A DNA stretch of 50,210 nt, from positions 100,326-150,535 of the forward strand of contig DHWH01000015.1 in the NCBI GenBank assembly GCA_002413065.1. Direction: 5' to 3'. Shown here one piece after another: positions 27,095 to 37,179 of the stretch. Each line of letters begins with the position of its first letter. Within the stretch, counting starts at the first letter, position 1. The stretch is from Patescibacteria group bacterium UBA5187. Its GTDB lineage: Bacteria > Patescibacteriota > Minisyncoccia > Phycocordibacterales > PALSA-1337. Made by a program: the position numbers and the translations under genes. A model generated the notes under the pieces. That model did not search any database and was not told where the DNA came from. It saw only the letters and a program-made list of their open reading frames with translations.

Positions 27095-29080
27095 ATGAAT
27101 TCGTCGATTATTTTCGCTCTCGTTGCTTCCGTCATCGCTATTGTATACGGAGCATTTCTTGCCGCTTCGATTATTAAAAAACCTGCAGGTAACGAACGTA
27201 TGCAGGAGATCGCGGCCGCCATCCAGGCTGGTGCAAAAGCCTATTTGAACAGGCAGTACCGCACGATCACCATTATTGCCATCGTACTTTTCATCATTCT
27301 CTGGCTCAGCCTCGGAATTACGATTGCTATCGGATTCCTTATCGGTGCCATCCTTTCGGGAGTTACCGGATTCATTGGAATGAACGTCTCTGTTCGCGCT
27401 AACGTTCGTACTGCAGAAGCTGCACGACAAGGCCTCGGCGCAGCACTTTCTCTCGCCTTCAAAGGCGGCGCTGTTACCGGACTTTTCGTAGTAGGTCTCG
27501 CACTTCTCGGTGTGACCGGATTCTATGCCATTACCCAGGATGTCACTTCCCTCATTGGTCTCGCCTTCGGTGCCAGTTTGATCTCAGTCTTTGCCCGCTT
27601 GGGTGGAGGTATTTTCACCAAAGCAGCTGACGTAGGTACTGATCTCGTTGGTAAAGTAGAAGCAGGAATCCCTGAAGATGATCCACGAAACCCAGGAGTT
27701 ATCGCTGACAACGTCGGAGATAACGTCGGCGACTGCGCAGGCATGGCAGCTGACCTTTTCGAAACATATGCTGTTACAACTATCGCGGCCATGATGCTCG
27801 GTGCAACTCTCTTCAAAGGATTTGAAGGCGCTCTCATCTACCCATTGGCAATCGGCGGTATCGCTATTTTTGCCTCAATCATCGGAACTTGGTTCGTGAA
27901 GATGGGAAAGAGTCAAAACATCATGGGTGCCATGTACAAAGGACTTGCAGTAGCCGGCGTACTCGCAGCCATCGCCTTCTACCCTGTCACAAGCATGATC
28001 ATGGGTACAAACGGAACCTACTCAGTCGCAAATCTCTTCGGTTGTACATTGGTAGGCCTCATCGTTACCGCCCTTTTGGTTGTGATCACTGAGTACTACA
28101 CATCAACGAAGTACCGTCCTGTACAGTCGATCGCTCTTGCTTCGATTTCCGGACATGGTACGAACATTATCCAGGGTCTCGCCATTTCTATGAAGGCAAC
28201 TGCATGGCCGCTCATCACGATTGTCGCGGGCATTCTCGGTTCATACTACTTTGCCGGACTCTACGGTATCGCAGTTGCAGCAATGAGCATGCTCTCGATG
28301 GCAGGCATCATCGTCGCGATCGATGCATACGGCCCAATCACAGATAATGCGGGAGGTATCGCTGAAATGTCAGAGCTTCCAAAAGAAGTCCGCGACATAA
28401 CAGATCCTTTGGATGCCGTTGGAAACACAACAAAGGCTGTTACAAAAGGATATGCTATCGGCTCAGCAGGTTTAGCAGCGCTCGTTCTCTTCGCTTCATA
28501 CACTGAAGCAACTCACGGCTTGTTCACATTCAGTTTGAGCGATCCGAAGGTTATCGTCGGTCTTTTCATCGGAGGACTTCTTCCTTATTACTTCGCTGCC
28601 CTTTCCATGGAAGCTGTCGGCAAGGCCGCAGGAAAAGTCGTTGATGAAGTTCGTCGCCAGTTCCGCGAGATCAAAGGGATCATGCAAGGTACTGCAAAAC
28701 CTGACTACGCACGCTGTGTAGACATCGTTACTTCAGCGGCTATCAAAGAAATGATCGTCCCTGCTCTCATCCCTGTTCTCGCTCCAATCATCGTAGGCTT
28801 CGTTCTTGGTCCAGTTGCTCTGGGAGGTCTCCTGGTTGGTTCTATCGTTACAGGCCTCTTCGTTGCCATCTCGATGACTTCAGGAGGAGGTGCATGGGAC
28901 AATGCCAAGAAACATATTGAGCAAGGTGCTCATGGAGGCAAAGGTTCTGATGCCCACAAAGCGGCTGTTACTGGCGACACTGTTGGAGATCCTTACAAGG
29001 ATACCGCGGGTCCAGCTATCAACCCGATGATCAAAATTCTCAATATCGTCGCGTTGCTCATCGTTGCATTCTTGGTCTAA
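27095..29080 (+). CDS. hppA: membrane-integral proton-translocating pyrophosphatase (K+-independent signature)
   Basis: [79 protein letters not shown]. Lys in GNTTKA is the K+-independent type. Confidence 0.95.
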   Translation: MNSSIIFALVASVIAIVYGAFLAASIIKKPAGNERMQEIAAAIQAGAKAYLNRQYRTITIIAIVLFIILWLSLGITIAIGFLIGAILSGVTGFIGMNVSVRANVRTAEAARQGLGAALSLAFKGGAVTGLFVVGLALLGVTGFYAITQDVTSLIGLAFGASLISVFARLGGGIFTKAADVGTDLVGKVEAGIPEDDPRNPGVIADNVGDNVGDCAGMAADLFETYAVTTIAAMMLGATLFKGFEGALIYPLAIGGIAIFASIIGTWFVKMGKSQNIMGAMYKGLAVAGVLAAIAFYPVTSMIMGTNGTYSVANLFGCTLVGLIVTALLVVITEYYTSTKYRPVQSIALASISGHGTNIIQGLAISMKATAWPLITIVAGILGSYYFAGLYGIAVAAMSMLSMAGIIVAIDAYGPITDNAGGIAEMSELPKEVRDITDPLDAVGNTTKAVTKGYAIGSAGLAALVLFASYTEATHGLFTFSLSDPKVIVGLFIGGLLPYYFAALSMEAVGKAAGKVVDEVRRQFREIKGIMQGTAKPDYARCVDIVTSAAIKEMIVPALIPVLAPIIVGFVLGPVALGGLLVGSIVTGLFVAISMTSGGGAWDNAKKHIEQGAHGGKGSDAHKAAVTGDTVGDPYKDTAGPAINPMIKILNIVALLIVAFLV

Positions 29081-29127
29081 TGCTCAATTTGAGCTCAAAT
29101 CAAGCTTACAAACCCTAAGTAGAACAA

Positions 29128-29155
29128 AAGAGCTGACTCAAATCAGCTCTTTTTG
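29128..29155 (+). terminator. intrinsic terminator after hppA
   Basis: AAGAGCTGA-ctcaaa-TCAGCTCTT followed by TTTG. Confidence 0.7.
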
Positions 29156-29217
29156 TATGCTATACTTAACCTTAACCACGAAAACTGTGGCCTAAAATAA
29201 GCTTAATACATATAAAT

Positions 29218-29979
29218 ATGAAAAAAACCTATTACATAATCGGAGTCTCTGCCTTAGCCCTCGTTTTGGCTACAACAGTCACTCGTGCGGAAGAGCCTCG
29301 CGTAGTCCGCGAGCAAATGCGTGTAGATTCGTCACGAATACAGAATATCAAAAATAACGAGGAATTCAGAAACAATGCCCTCAAGAGCCGCGAAGGCAAG
29401 ATGGCTTCGACCAGTTCGACAACCCGCATGATGCCTCGTCAGAATCTCGAGAAAAGGATGGCATCTTCGAGTGAAAAGAGGGGTGAGATGAGGGATGAAG
29501 CCGAAATGAAAGATACAAAAAATAAGATGGAGGTTCGCAAGGAAGTTTTCGAAAAACAAAAAGATCACCTTATCGGACAACTCAGTCATTCTTTAGAAAA
29601 TTTGAAACAGGTCCGTACCCGTATCGTATCTCGCATCCAAAAGGCCGAATCAAGCGGTAAAAACATGACTGAAGCAAAGAATTTGCTTGTCATAGCAGAT
29701 GCCAAGCTATCAGTAGCCCAGACAGCAGTAAATGCATTATTGAATTTGAACGCTTCATCGACCATTACTACAGGTACGACAACAGCTTCCACAACTGCAA
29801 CAACGTCAACTATGATAAATCTTGGCAAAGCACGCCAGATCGGTGCAAGCGCTATCCAGGCCATAAATGATGCTCGTAAAGCATTGAGTAACGTAGTCGC
29901 ATCAATTTCTCATTCATTGGGTCTCAAAGTAGAAAATGCCGGAGTAACCTCAACTACTACTGCGACAACAACACTATAA
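29218..29979 (+). CDS. secreted coiled-coil/Thr-rich hypothetical protein
   Basis: Signal peptide MKKTYYIIGVSALALVLATTVTRAEE, charged helical middle, Thr-rich C-terminal stretches. Confidence 0.55.
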   Translation: MKKTYYIIGVSALALVLATTVTRAEEPRVVREQMRVDSSRIQNIKNNEEFRNNALKSREGKMASTSSTTRMMPRQNLEKRMASSSEKRGEMRDEAEMKDTKNKMEVRKEVFEKQKDHLIGQLSHSLENLKQVRTRIVSRIQKAESSGKNMTEAKNLLVIADAKLSVAQTAVNALLNLNASSTITTGTTTASTTATTSTMINLGKARQIGASAIQAINDARKALSNVVASISHSLGLKVENAGVTSTTTATTTL

Positions 29980-30016
29980 ATTATTCCTGCTACTTATTAC
30001 ATAATATCTAACTACT

Positions 30017-30325
30017 ATGGATCCAATAAACCAATCTGCTCCGATGAACACTCCAGCAAACACTCCAGTCTCAAATGGAGGTAAGAAAGTCGGACCTATC
30101 ATAGCGACCCTTACTATCGTTCTTATCCTCATAATCGCAGCTTTATACTTGTTTGCTTCACGCATCAATCGCCAGTCAACTTCACTCGAGACTGCTTCAA
30201 CAACATCTTCAATGACTACGAATTCAGATGGGCAGCCAGTGGTTGCAACAACAAATGATGATCCAGCTTCATTACAAGCTGATCTGAGCGCTTCAACGAA
30301 TGCTTTGGATGCACAGAATTTCTAG
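30017..30325 (+). CDS. small single-pass membrane protein, hypothetical
   Basis: TM helix GPIIATLTIVLILIIAALYLFA. No family recognised. Confidence 0.45.
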   Translation: MDPINQSAPMNTPANTPVSNGGKKVGPIIATLTIVLILIIAALYLFASRINRQSTSLETASTTSSMTTNSDGQPVVATTNDDPASLQADLSASTNALDAQNF

Positions 30326-30456
30326 TACTGGTAAAATACGACGTAGAAATGAAAATAAGGGAAGCAGACGAAATGTCGCTTCCCTTATTCGTACAGCATA
30401 TATTCAATTATGTACGTTTCTTGATTCATAAGCAATTTCCCTGTAGACTGCCCTTC

Positions 30457-31545
30457 ATGACTCAAACACAAGATACTAAGGCGAAATCATACGATTCCGC
30501 ACTCGTTAAGAAATTACCAAAATCTGAAATCGAGATCACCGCTTCCATCCCTGCAGAAGTTTGGGAAAAATTCAGACCGGAAGCTATTAAAAACATAAAC
30601 GGAAGCATAACTATAGATGGTTTCCGCAAAGGAAATGTTCCTGAAAACATCCTCGTTGCAAAAGTCGGCGAAGCCGCGATACACGAGGAGATGGCAGAAT
30701 TTGCGCTTTCAAAGGCATACATTGAGATCCTTATTGATAACAAGATTGACGCCCTCGGCAAACCGATTGTTCATGTTACCAAGCTCGCCACAGGCAATCC
30801 CTTGGAATTCAAAGCGACAACCGCGGTTACACCTGAAGTAAAACTTCCTGACTACAAGAAAATCGCCGCCGAAGAAATAAAGAAATCTTCTTCAGAAAAA
30901 ATCGAAGTGGCAGACAAGGATGTAGACGAAGCCATTTTACGTATTCGCAAATCACGGGTTTCACACGAAGGTCACGATCATGAAAAATTATCTCCCGAAG
31001 AACACGAGAAAGCGATCATGGATTCTTTGCCGGAATTCAATGACGAATTCGTACGCACTTTAGACGGCGACTTCACAGATATCGAAGATTTCAAAACGAA
31101 GATTCGCGAGATGATCGGCGAAAACAAAAAGGATGAGGCTCGCGAGAAACTTCGCCTTCGCATTGCGGATGCAATTTCCGATGCTTCCACGATAGAGTTG
31201 CCTGATGTCATAGTTGAAAGCGAACTCCAGCGCACACAGGCGCAATTTGCGGCTGATATCGAACGCATGGGCGTGAAACTGGATGACTATCTCAAACAGG
31301 CAAAGAAAACGCTTGAAGAGATTCGCGTTGAATGGCGTCCTCATGCGGAGAAGAAAGCCAAGCTGCAATTAATTTTGAATGCTATTTCTGACACAGAAAA
31401 AATAAAGCCTACCCCGGAAGAAATCAAGGCCGAGGTCAAACATATCACCGAGCACTACAAAGATGCTGACATGGAACGAGCTACCGTGTACGCAGAAACT
31501 GTTCTGACAAATGAGAAAGTGTTTCTATTTTTGGAGAAAAAATAA
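30457..31545 (+). CDS. tig: trigger factor lacking the FKBP/PPIase domain
   Basis: N-terminal ribosome-binding domain (ITIDGFRKGNVPENILVAKVG) joins almost directly to the C-terminal arm domain (LPEFNDEFVRTL...). 362 aa from the ATG at 30457. Confidence 0.85.
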   Translation: MTQTQDTKAKSYDSALVKKLPKSEIEITASIPAEVWEKFRPEAIKNINGSITIDGFRKGNVPENILVAKVGEAAIHEEMAEFALSKAYIEILIDNKIDALGKPIVHVTKLATGNPLEFKATTAVTPEVKLPDYKKIAAEEIKKSSSEKIEVADKDVDEAILRIRKSRVSHEGHDHEKLSPEEHEKAIMDSLPEFNDEFVRTLDGDFTDIEDFKTKIREMIGENKKDEAREKLRLRIADAISDASTIELPDVIVESELQRTQAQFAADIERMGVKLDDYLKQAKKTLEEIRVEWRPHAEKKAKLQLILNAISDTEKIKPTPEEIKAEVKHITEHYKDADMERATVYAETVLTNEKVFLFLEKK

Positions 31546-31564
31546 TCAGACAAGTTGTCAAATA

Positions 31565-31590
31565 AAAAACCGAGGAGTCTCGGTTTTTTA
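31565..31590. terminator. bidirectional intrinsic terminator between tig and rsmE
   Basis: AAAAACCGAG-gagt-CTCGGTTTTT. Confidence 0.75.
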
Positions 31591-31642
31591 TTTGTGAAAC
31601 ACTCTCATACCCAGTAAAACCTTCCGCTACCTGAAATTAGCA

Positions 31643-32395
31643 CTATACAGTGAATACCACCTGAGAGAGGGCAGCGATGACAGCCGTTTCAGCCCTCAAA
31701 ACCTGATTACCAAGACATCGGACTGGAATTCCATTCTTGTGAAACATATCCATTTCCGTTTCTGACCAACCGCCTTCAGGGCCTATGAAAACAGCAATGT
31801 CTGAATTCGTAGGCAGATCAGATCGTTCTAAGAGCGAACCTTCCGTATGAAAAGCAAGCGATACAGGAATTCCAGCTTCCGCACTCTGCGACCCTTTTTT
31901 CAAAAAAGAAAACGCTTCATTAAGTGTCATGATCGAGCTCATCACAGGAATATTCCCACGACCACATTGCTCACTTGCCTCAATAGCAATCTTTTTGAGT
32001 CGAGCTTCATTCAAAGATTTCTTTTCGCTGCGCTCGGCCATTATAGGAATAATATGAGTGACTCCGAGTTCAGTCGCTTTTTCTACAATCCATTCGAATG
32101 TATCTTTTTTTACAACCGCTGCACACAAATAAATATTTCGTGCAGGTATAAAGGCGCTCCGCATTGACGTAGCTGAATGGAGGGATATCACCTTGTCGCT
32201 ATCAATTTTACTCTCCTCACCGAATCCGTCAATTGTACATTCGTAGTCAGAACCCGAACCATCGAACAAGACAAGGGAATCCCCTTTCTTCAAACGAAAC
32301 ACCCGGCGAACCTGATTAACAAGTTCAGCCGAGTGTACCGTGATCTCAGATTGGTTGGCGATCTTTTCGGAAATATAGAATCGATGAAGACGCAT
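31643..32395 (-). CDS. rsmE: 16S rRNA (uracil1498-N3)-methyltransferase RsmE
   Basis: MRLHRFYI..., PUA-like N-terminus, SPOUT C-terminus FIGPEGGWSETE. Confidence 0.9.
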   Translation of the reverse strand: MRLHRFYISEKIANQSEITVHSAELVNQVRRVFRLKKGDSLVLFDGSGSDYECTIDGFGEESKIDSDKVISLHSATSMRSAFIPARNIYLCAAVVKKDTFEWIVEKATELGVTHIIPIMAERSEKKSLNEARLKKIAIEASEQCGRGNIPVMSSIMTLNEAFSFLKKGSQSAEAGIPVSLAFHTEGSLLERSDLPTNSDIAVFIGPEGGWSETEMDMFHKNGIPVRCLGNQVLRAETAVIAALSQVVFTV

Positions 32396-32407
32396 ATCTG
32401 TGTGCGT

Positions 32408-32989
32408 TTATTTCTTTGAACTTACAACCTGATCAATGACCCCATATTTTTTTGCTTCGTCGGCACTCATGAAGAAATCTCGGTCAACGTCCTTCTCAAT
32501 GCGTGCAAGTGTCTGACCGGTATTCTTTGCGAGAAGTTTATTCAAAGATTCACGAGTTTTCAATATATGCTTGGCACTGATTTCAATATCGGAAGCCTGA
32601 CCTTCGACACCACCGAGCGGCTGATGAATCATCACTTCTGAATTTGGCAAAGCGATACGCTTACCTTTTGTTCCGGCAGAGAGAACGAGGGCTGCACCCG
32701 AAGCTGCGATACCGACGCACACTGTGGAGATATCATTTTTTATATGCTGCATCGTGTCGATGATGGCCAATGTCGCAGTTACTGATCCCCCTGGCGAGTT
32801 CACATACAGAGAAATTTCCTTCTTTGGATCTTCGGACTGCAAGAAAAGAAGCTGGGCAATAATGAGGTTTGCAGTATGGTCATCGATAGGTCCGCCAAGA
32901 AAGATGATGTTATCCCTCAAAAGGCGTGAATATATATCGTATGCGCGCTCTCCGAAACTTGATTTTTCTATAACGGTTGGGATTAACAT
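32408..32989 (-). CDS. clpP: ATP-dependent Clp protease proteolytic subunit
   Basis: [37 protein letters not shown]..., GIAASGAAL (Ser), MIHQPLGG (His). Start set to the ATG at 32987-32989. Confidence 0.95.
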   Translation of the reverse strand: MLIPTVIEKSSFGERAYDIYSRLLRDNIIFLGGPIDDHTANLIIAQLLFLQSEDPKKEISLYVNSPGGSVTATLAIIDTMQHIKNDISTVCVGIAASGAALVLSAGTKGKRIALPNSEVMIHQPLGGVEGQASDIEISAKHILKTRESLNKLLAKNTGQTLARIEKDVDRDFFMSADEAKKYGVIDQVVSSKK

Positions 32990-33256
32990 GATGTTTAGAT
33001 ATTTATTGAAATTAAAGTAAATGTAAACGCAATATAACACGAATATAGGTACTTATCTAGCCCCACTGTGGCCTCTCTAAATAAAACTTGCTTATACACA
33101 CCTTTTCATTATATGATGACGGTGTTACCAATATTTAATTTTGATACCGCCTTTTTCGGACTTTTCGTGAAATTCTAACCTATGACACCCATTATCCAGC
33201 TACAGACTCATACGTTGCTATCACCATAGTCCCAAAGGGGCGGATCCAATCCGTAT

Positions 33257-34786
33257 ATGTCCCTTAAATTAGTCGCCCTATTCCTCGCTCTAGCGGGAGC
33301 AGTCGGTGTGGCTGTCGGATATTACCTGCGATTGATCATATCTCTCGGCAAGAAAGGCTCTATGGAGCTCGAAATCAAGGAAATGCTCCTTGCCGCAAAG
33401 GAAGAAGCCAAAAAGATCACTGCAGATGCCGAAGCCAAAGCAACCAAAACTCTCGAAGGTGCCCGGACAGAAATAAAAGAAAAAGAAGATAAAATTCGCC
33501 AAACCGAAGATCGTCTCGTAAAACGAGAGGATATTATCGACAAACGCCAGTCAGATCTCGACAAAGAAGTCGAAATGATCAAACAACGCGTGGCCGAGAT
33601 CAAGGCTATTCGCGAGAAAGCTGACAAACTCGAGGAAGATCGCAAAGCCGCGCTCGAAAAGATCGCCAAACTTTCTGCTGATGACGCAAAAGAGCAGTTG
33701 ATCAAATTGGTCGAGAAACAATCCCAGGAAGATCTGCTTGTACGCGTCAACAAGCTCGAAATTCACGGGGAGGAAATGCTCGAACAAAAAGCAAAAGATA
33801 TTCTCGCTATGTCCATCCAGCGTTTGGCTTCATCTGTTGCCCAAGATGTGATGTCTACCATCGTAGAGATCCCGAGTGATGACGTTAAAGGAAAAATCAT
33901 TGGCAAAGAAGGCCGCAACATCAAAGCTTTCGAGCGTATCACCGGCGTTGAAGTCATGGTTGATGACACCCCTGGAGCGATCACCATTTCATCATTTGAT
34001 CCCGTACGACGTCATGTCGCTCGCATTGCCCTTCTTGAATTGATCAAAGACGGTCGTATTCAGCCAGCCAAGATCGAAGCCGTAGTTGAGAAAGCAAAAC
34101 AAGACATCAACAAAACTATCAAAGAAAAAGGCGAGGCTGCAGCATATGAATGCGGCATCATCGGCCTCGATCCACGCATTCTCCTTATATTGGGCAGACT
34201 TCATTTCCGCACCAGTTATGGTCAGAATGTTCTCCAGCACTCTATCGAAATGTCACATATCGCCGGCATGATCGCCGAAGAGATCGGTGCCAATGTCCAA
34301 GTCGCCAAAGCGGGCGCCCTCCTCCATGATCTTGGTAAAGCGCTCGACCATGAAGTCGTCGGGACTCACGTCGAGATCGGCCGCCGCATCCTTCAGAAAT
34401 TCGGTGCTCCCGAAGAAATCATCAAGGCTATGCAGGCTCACCATGAGGAATATCCGTACGAAACAGTCGAGTCACGTATCGTACAGACTGCTGATGCTAT
34501 CTCTGGCGCACGTCCCGGCGCACGTCGCGACAATATCGAGAACTATCTCAAGCGTCTCGGCGATCTCGAGGCTCTGGCCAATTCATTCCCTGGTATCGAA
34601 AAGTCCTATGCCCTGCAAGCCGGCCGTGAAATCCGCATCTTCGTGAAACCTGAAGAAATAGGTGACCTCGAAGCCAAGAATCTAGCTCGCGACATCGCAC
34701 TCAAAATTGAAAAGGATCTCAAATACCCGGGTGAAATCAGAGTTATGGTTATCAGAGAGACGAGAAATATGGAATTTGCGAGGTAA
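33257..34786 (+). CDS. rny: ribonuclease Y
   Basis: N-terminal TM, long coiled coil, KH domain (GKIIGKEGRNIKAFE), HD domain (LLHDLGKA...). Confidence 0.95.
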   Translation: MSLKLVALFLALAGAVGVAVGYYLRLIISLGKKGSMELEIKEMLLAAKEEAKKITADAEAKATKTLEGARTEIKEKEDKIRQTEDRLVKREDIIDKRQSDLDKEVEMIKQRVAEIKAIREKADKLEEDRKAALEKIAKLSADDAKEQLIKLVEKQSQEDLLVRVNKLEIHGEEMLEQKAKDILAMSIQRLASSVAQDVMSTIVEIPSDDVKGKIIGKEGRNIKAFERITGVEVMVDDTPGAITISSFDPVRRHVARIALLELIKDGRIQPAKIEAVVEKAKQDINKTIKEKGEAAAYECGIIGLDPRILLILGRLHFRTSYGQNVLQHSIEMSHIAGMIAEEIGANVQVAKAGALLHDLGKALDHEVVGTHVEIGRRILQKFGAPEEIIKAMQAHHEEYPYETVESRIVQTADAISGARPGARRDNIENYLKRLGDLEALANSFPGIEKSYALQAGREIRIFVKPEEIGDLEAKNLARDIALKIEKDLKYPGEIRVMVIRETRNMEFAR

Positions 34787-35209
34787 TTACTTAAGAATAA
34801 CTATATGGATTTTGAGAAACTCCTCTATAAATTTTATGGTGGGGGTTTTCGATTTAGCATTACTCTCCGCAACCAAAACAGCAAACGAATATACTTCTTT
34901 ATTAGATAAATCCAACCAACTATCGTTTTTAATTAAATATACAAGTAACGTAGCAACGGCGATCCTTTTATTCCCATTCTGAAAAGGATGATTTTTGATC
35001 ATCAAATAGAAGAGGATGGCAGCTTTCTTGATAAGACCCTTATATAGTTGGCCTTCAAATGTCTGGTACGGCGCCCCTAAACAGGCCTCAAGAACATGTG
35101 GAAAACGTGTAGAAAAATCAGGAATAGGTTCATCCCATTCCATAAACTTTTGGGCAACCTCATGTGCAATATACTGCACTTCTTCAACTGTAAGAGATTC
35201 AATCTTCAT
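34787..35209 (-). CDS. doc: Fic/Doc family toxin (Doc-type kinase)
   Basis: Fic motif KNHPFQNGNKRIAVATLL. 140 aa. The stop codon directly abuts the rny stop. Confidence 0.85.
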   Translation of the reverse strand: MKIESLTVEEVQYIAHEVAQKFMEWDEPIPDFSTRFPHVLEACLGAPYQTFEGQLYKGLIKKAAILFYLMIKNHPFQNGNKRIAVATLLVYLIKNDSWLDLSNKEVYSFAVLVAESNAKSKTPTIKFIEEFLKIHIVILK

Positions 35210-35211
35210 AT

Positions 35212-35475
35212 TTATTCTTTACCAAGCAATCGTAAAGCCTCTCCGTATTCTTTGAAAATACACTCAATGTTTTCAGTGATTTCCTTTTTTCTTTGATCCG
35301 TAAGGGCACCTCCCAGTGCCTCAATAGTTTCTTTCTTAATAAGATAATTGCGCCCATACCTTTCTGCTGCCAATTGGCCTTTTTTGATGCGTTTGAAAAT
35401 AGCGATTCTGCTAATACCAAGTATTTTGGCAGCTTCTGTCGTCGTAAAATATGGCTTATTCAAATGATTTTTCAT
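35212..35475 (-). CDS. putative antitoxin with excisionase/MerR-type HTH (HTH_17-like)
   Basis: YFTTTEAAKILGISRIAIFKRIKKGQLAAERYGRNYLIKKE. It lies 2 nt upstream of doc and has a short helical C-terminal tail. Confidence 0.7.
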   Translation of the reverse strand: MKNHLNKPYFTTTEAAKILGISRIAIFKRIKKGQLAAERYGRNYLIKKETIEALGGALTDQRKKEITENIECIFKEYGEALRLLGKE

Positions 35476-35482
35476 GTAAATA

Positions 35483-35552
35483 GGTTAACATAAGTTTTTA
35501 TATATTGCAATGGTTAACATAAGATACTTATTTAGTGGACAGGTTAACCAAG
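35483..35552 (-). promoter_or_regulatory. three GGTTAAC boxes in the TA promoter region (putative operator)
   Basis: GGTTAACATAAG at 35483-35494 and 35512-35523. GGTTAACCAAG at 35542-35552. Start-to-start spacing is 29 and 30 bp. An AT-rich TATATA element lies between boxes 1 and 2. Confidence 0.5.
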
Positions 35553-35691
35553 CTAGGATTCTGCAATACAAATATAAATTACTCGTCTTTTCTAGTATGC
35601 CCCACAAATACAATAAAAAAGGCATACGAGTGCTAGAAATCTGAGTACTACTGAAACATTTTCAGTAGATTGTGTCAACTTTTCTGCCCTA

Positions 35692-35719
35692 TTGCTCAAA
35701 ATACGGCTTACTATATAAT
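35692..35719 (+). promoter_or_regulatory. sigma70-like promoter for hup
   Basis: TTGCTC-N16-TATAAT. The predicted ~75-nt leader contains the G+C-rich hairpin CCTCGG-cggcggg-CCGAGG (35747-35765). Confidence 0.45.
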
Positions 35720-35796
35720 TATCCCATGGTTCAAGACTCGATCCGCCCTCGGCGGCGGGCCGAGGCCAAAATTATAAGAATTAAGAAATACACAAA

Positions 35797-36069
35797 ATGA
35801 ACAAAGCAGGCATTGTAGAAGCAGTTCATGTAGTTCTCGGCGGTACCAAGGTCCAGGCCGAGCAAGCAGTCGAGACAGCGATTAACAGCATCATCGACAC
35901 TCTTAAAAAGGGTGAAGAGGTTTCAATCGCAGGTCTCGGTATCTTCTCAGTCAAACAGCGTGCAGCTCGTGAAGCTCGCAACCCTCGCACAGGTGAAGCC
36001 ATCAAGGTCCCTGCTATGAAGGTTCCTAAGTTTCGTGCAGCAAAGGCATTGAAGGACGCAGTTAAATAA
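35797..36069 (+). CDS. hup: DNA-binding protein HU
   Basis: MNKAGIVEAV..., GEEVSIAGLGIFSVKQRAAREARNPRTGEAIKVPAMKVPKFRAAKALKDAV. Confidence 0.93.
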   Translation: MNKAGIVEAVHVVLGGTKVQAEQAVETAINSIIDTLKKGEEVSIAGLGIFSVKQRAAREARNPRTGEAIKVPAMKVPKFRAAKALKDAVK

Positions 36070-36098
36070 ATCATTAGGGTTACTACTATCGAGCAAGA

Positions 36099-36122
36099 GG
36101 CCGCCACGAGGGCGGTTTTTTG
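36099..36122 (+). terminator. intrinsic terminator after hup
   Basis: CCGCC-acgag-GGCGG followed by TTTTTTG. Confidence 0.7.
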
Positions 36123-36358
36123 TTGAGAAGGTACCCCGTGTTATGAGCAAAATAAGCCCACATCCGGTTGCACAGACGTGGGCTCGAGGGCATCAGATGG
36201 CGTTTTCCGAACACAACTGCGCCCAAATCTATTATCAAAGTAACACTTCTTAGGCTGGGGCTGCAAGAACAAAAATATAAGATGTCTTGTATCTATGTAC
36301 CGAGTACCGAATAAGGCGTGCAACATTCTTTGAGATAACATTGTACAAATAATTCAAA

Positions 36359-36991
36359 CTACGGAAGTCTGCGCATAAAAATCACATTGAAATCCTCCTT
36401 GCGCTTGGGACTCATAGAATACGCAAGTCTCTTTGATGGAATCCACTGCGGCCGAGAACGATCAGGATCATACACTTTGAACCTATCGCCTTTCTTTTCA
36501 CCAAGAACCACCATATGTGCGCCATAACCATCTTTTCTGTAGAGAGCAAACTGGTTTACCGACAAAAGTGTAAAGTAATCGCCTTTTATTCGAAAGGAAT
36601 GGATTTTAGCCAGTGGCCAGCGTGCATTTATGAATTGAACTTCGGAATTTATTAATTTCCGAGCCATTACTTGTTCGGCAACGAGATTGCTGTACTGATC
36701 CTGTACCTTGAAAGTTTCCTCTGACCAAACCTGCTTCAGATACTTGATACCTTGCTTGGCAAAAATACGATAATCAAAATTTTCAACAGATATGACTTCG
36801 AATCCGTTCTTAACTAACCACAAAAAGGCCTTCCCCATCCACGTAAATGAATGCGGATCATGACCGGTTATGATGTCGAGTTCTTTGAATGACAAAACGG
36901 GCCTTCCATAAAAATGGAATAGCATTTTCAAGCATGCCTGTACACAATGCATTCCGGTTTTTGAATTTGAATATAATTTATAGGTATTCAT
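36359..36991 (-). CDS. peptidase C39-like papain-fold cysteine peptidase domain protein
   Basis: Candidate Cys/His/Asp triad in the C39-like order and context: TGMHCVQACLKM, GYGAHMVVLG, KVYDPD. No signal peptide or ABC-transporter fusion. Confidence 0.5.
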   Translation of the reverse strand: MNTYKLYSNSKTGMHCVQACLKMLFHFYGRPVLSFKELDIITGHDPHSFTWMGKAFLWLVKNGFEVISVENFDYRIFAKQGIKYLKQVWSEETFKVQDQYSNLVAEQVMARKLINSEVQFINARWPLAKIHSFRIKGDYFTLLSVNQFALYRKDGYGAHMVVLGEKKGDRFKVYDPDRSRPQWIPSKRLAYSMSPKRKEDFNVIFMRRLP

Positions 36992-37063
36992 AATGGTCAA
37001 TATAGCGCAAAATCAGAACGGTGCACATCCTTGACTTCTTTTCTGCACTTGTATATGCTATTC

Positions 37064-37081
37064 ATAGTTAGCGCTAACTAT
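37064..37081. promoter_or_regulatory. perfect 18-bp palindrome (putative operator) just downstream of a TTGACT...TATATG promoter-like site
   Basis: ATAGTTAGC|GCTAACTAT. TTGACT at 37031-37036 and TATATG at 37052-37057. Confidence 0.45.
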
Positions 37082-37179
37082 AGTATGCATGTTGATGCAG
37101 CCTATTTAACAAATAGTAGACAAGCGCACTCATAAGCAGCTCTTTGAAAGGTCTACTCGAACAAGAAGGAATACATATT

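Noticed and set aside
26681-27430. 249-aa minus-strand ORF spanning the nusA/hppA junction.
   Set aside because: It is antisense to two strongly conserved genes. It is Ser-rich low-complexity and crosses an intergenic region.
33322-33753. 143-aa Ser/Arg-rich minus-strand ORF, and several other antisense ORFs within rny.
   Set aside because: They are antisense to the Lys/Glu-rich coiled-coil region of RNase Y, a typical mirror-frame artefact.
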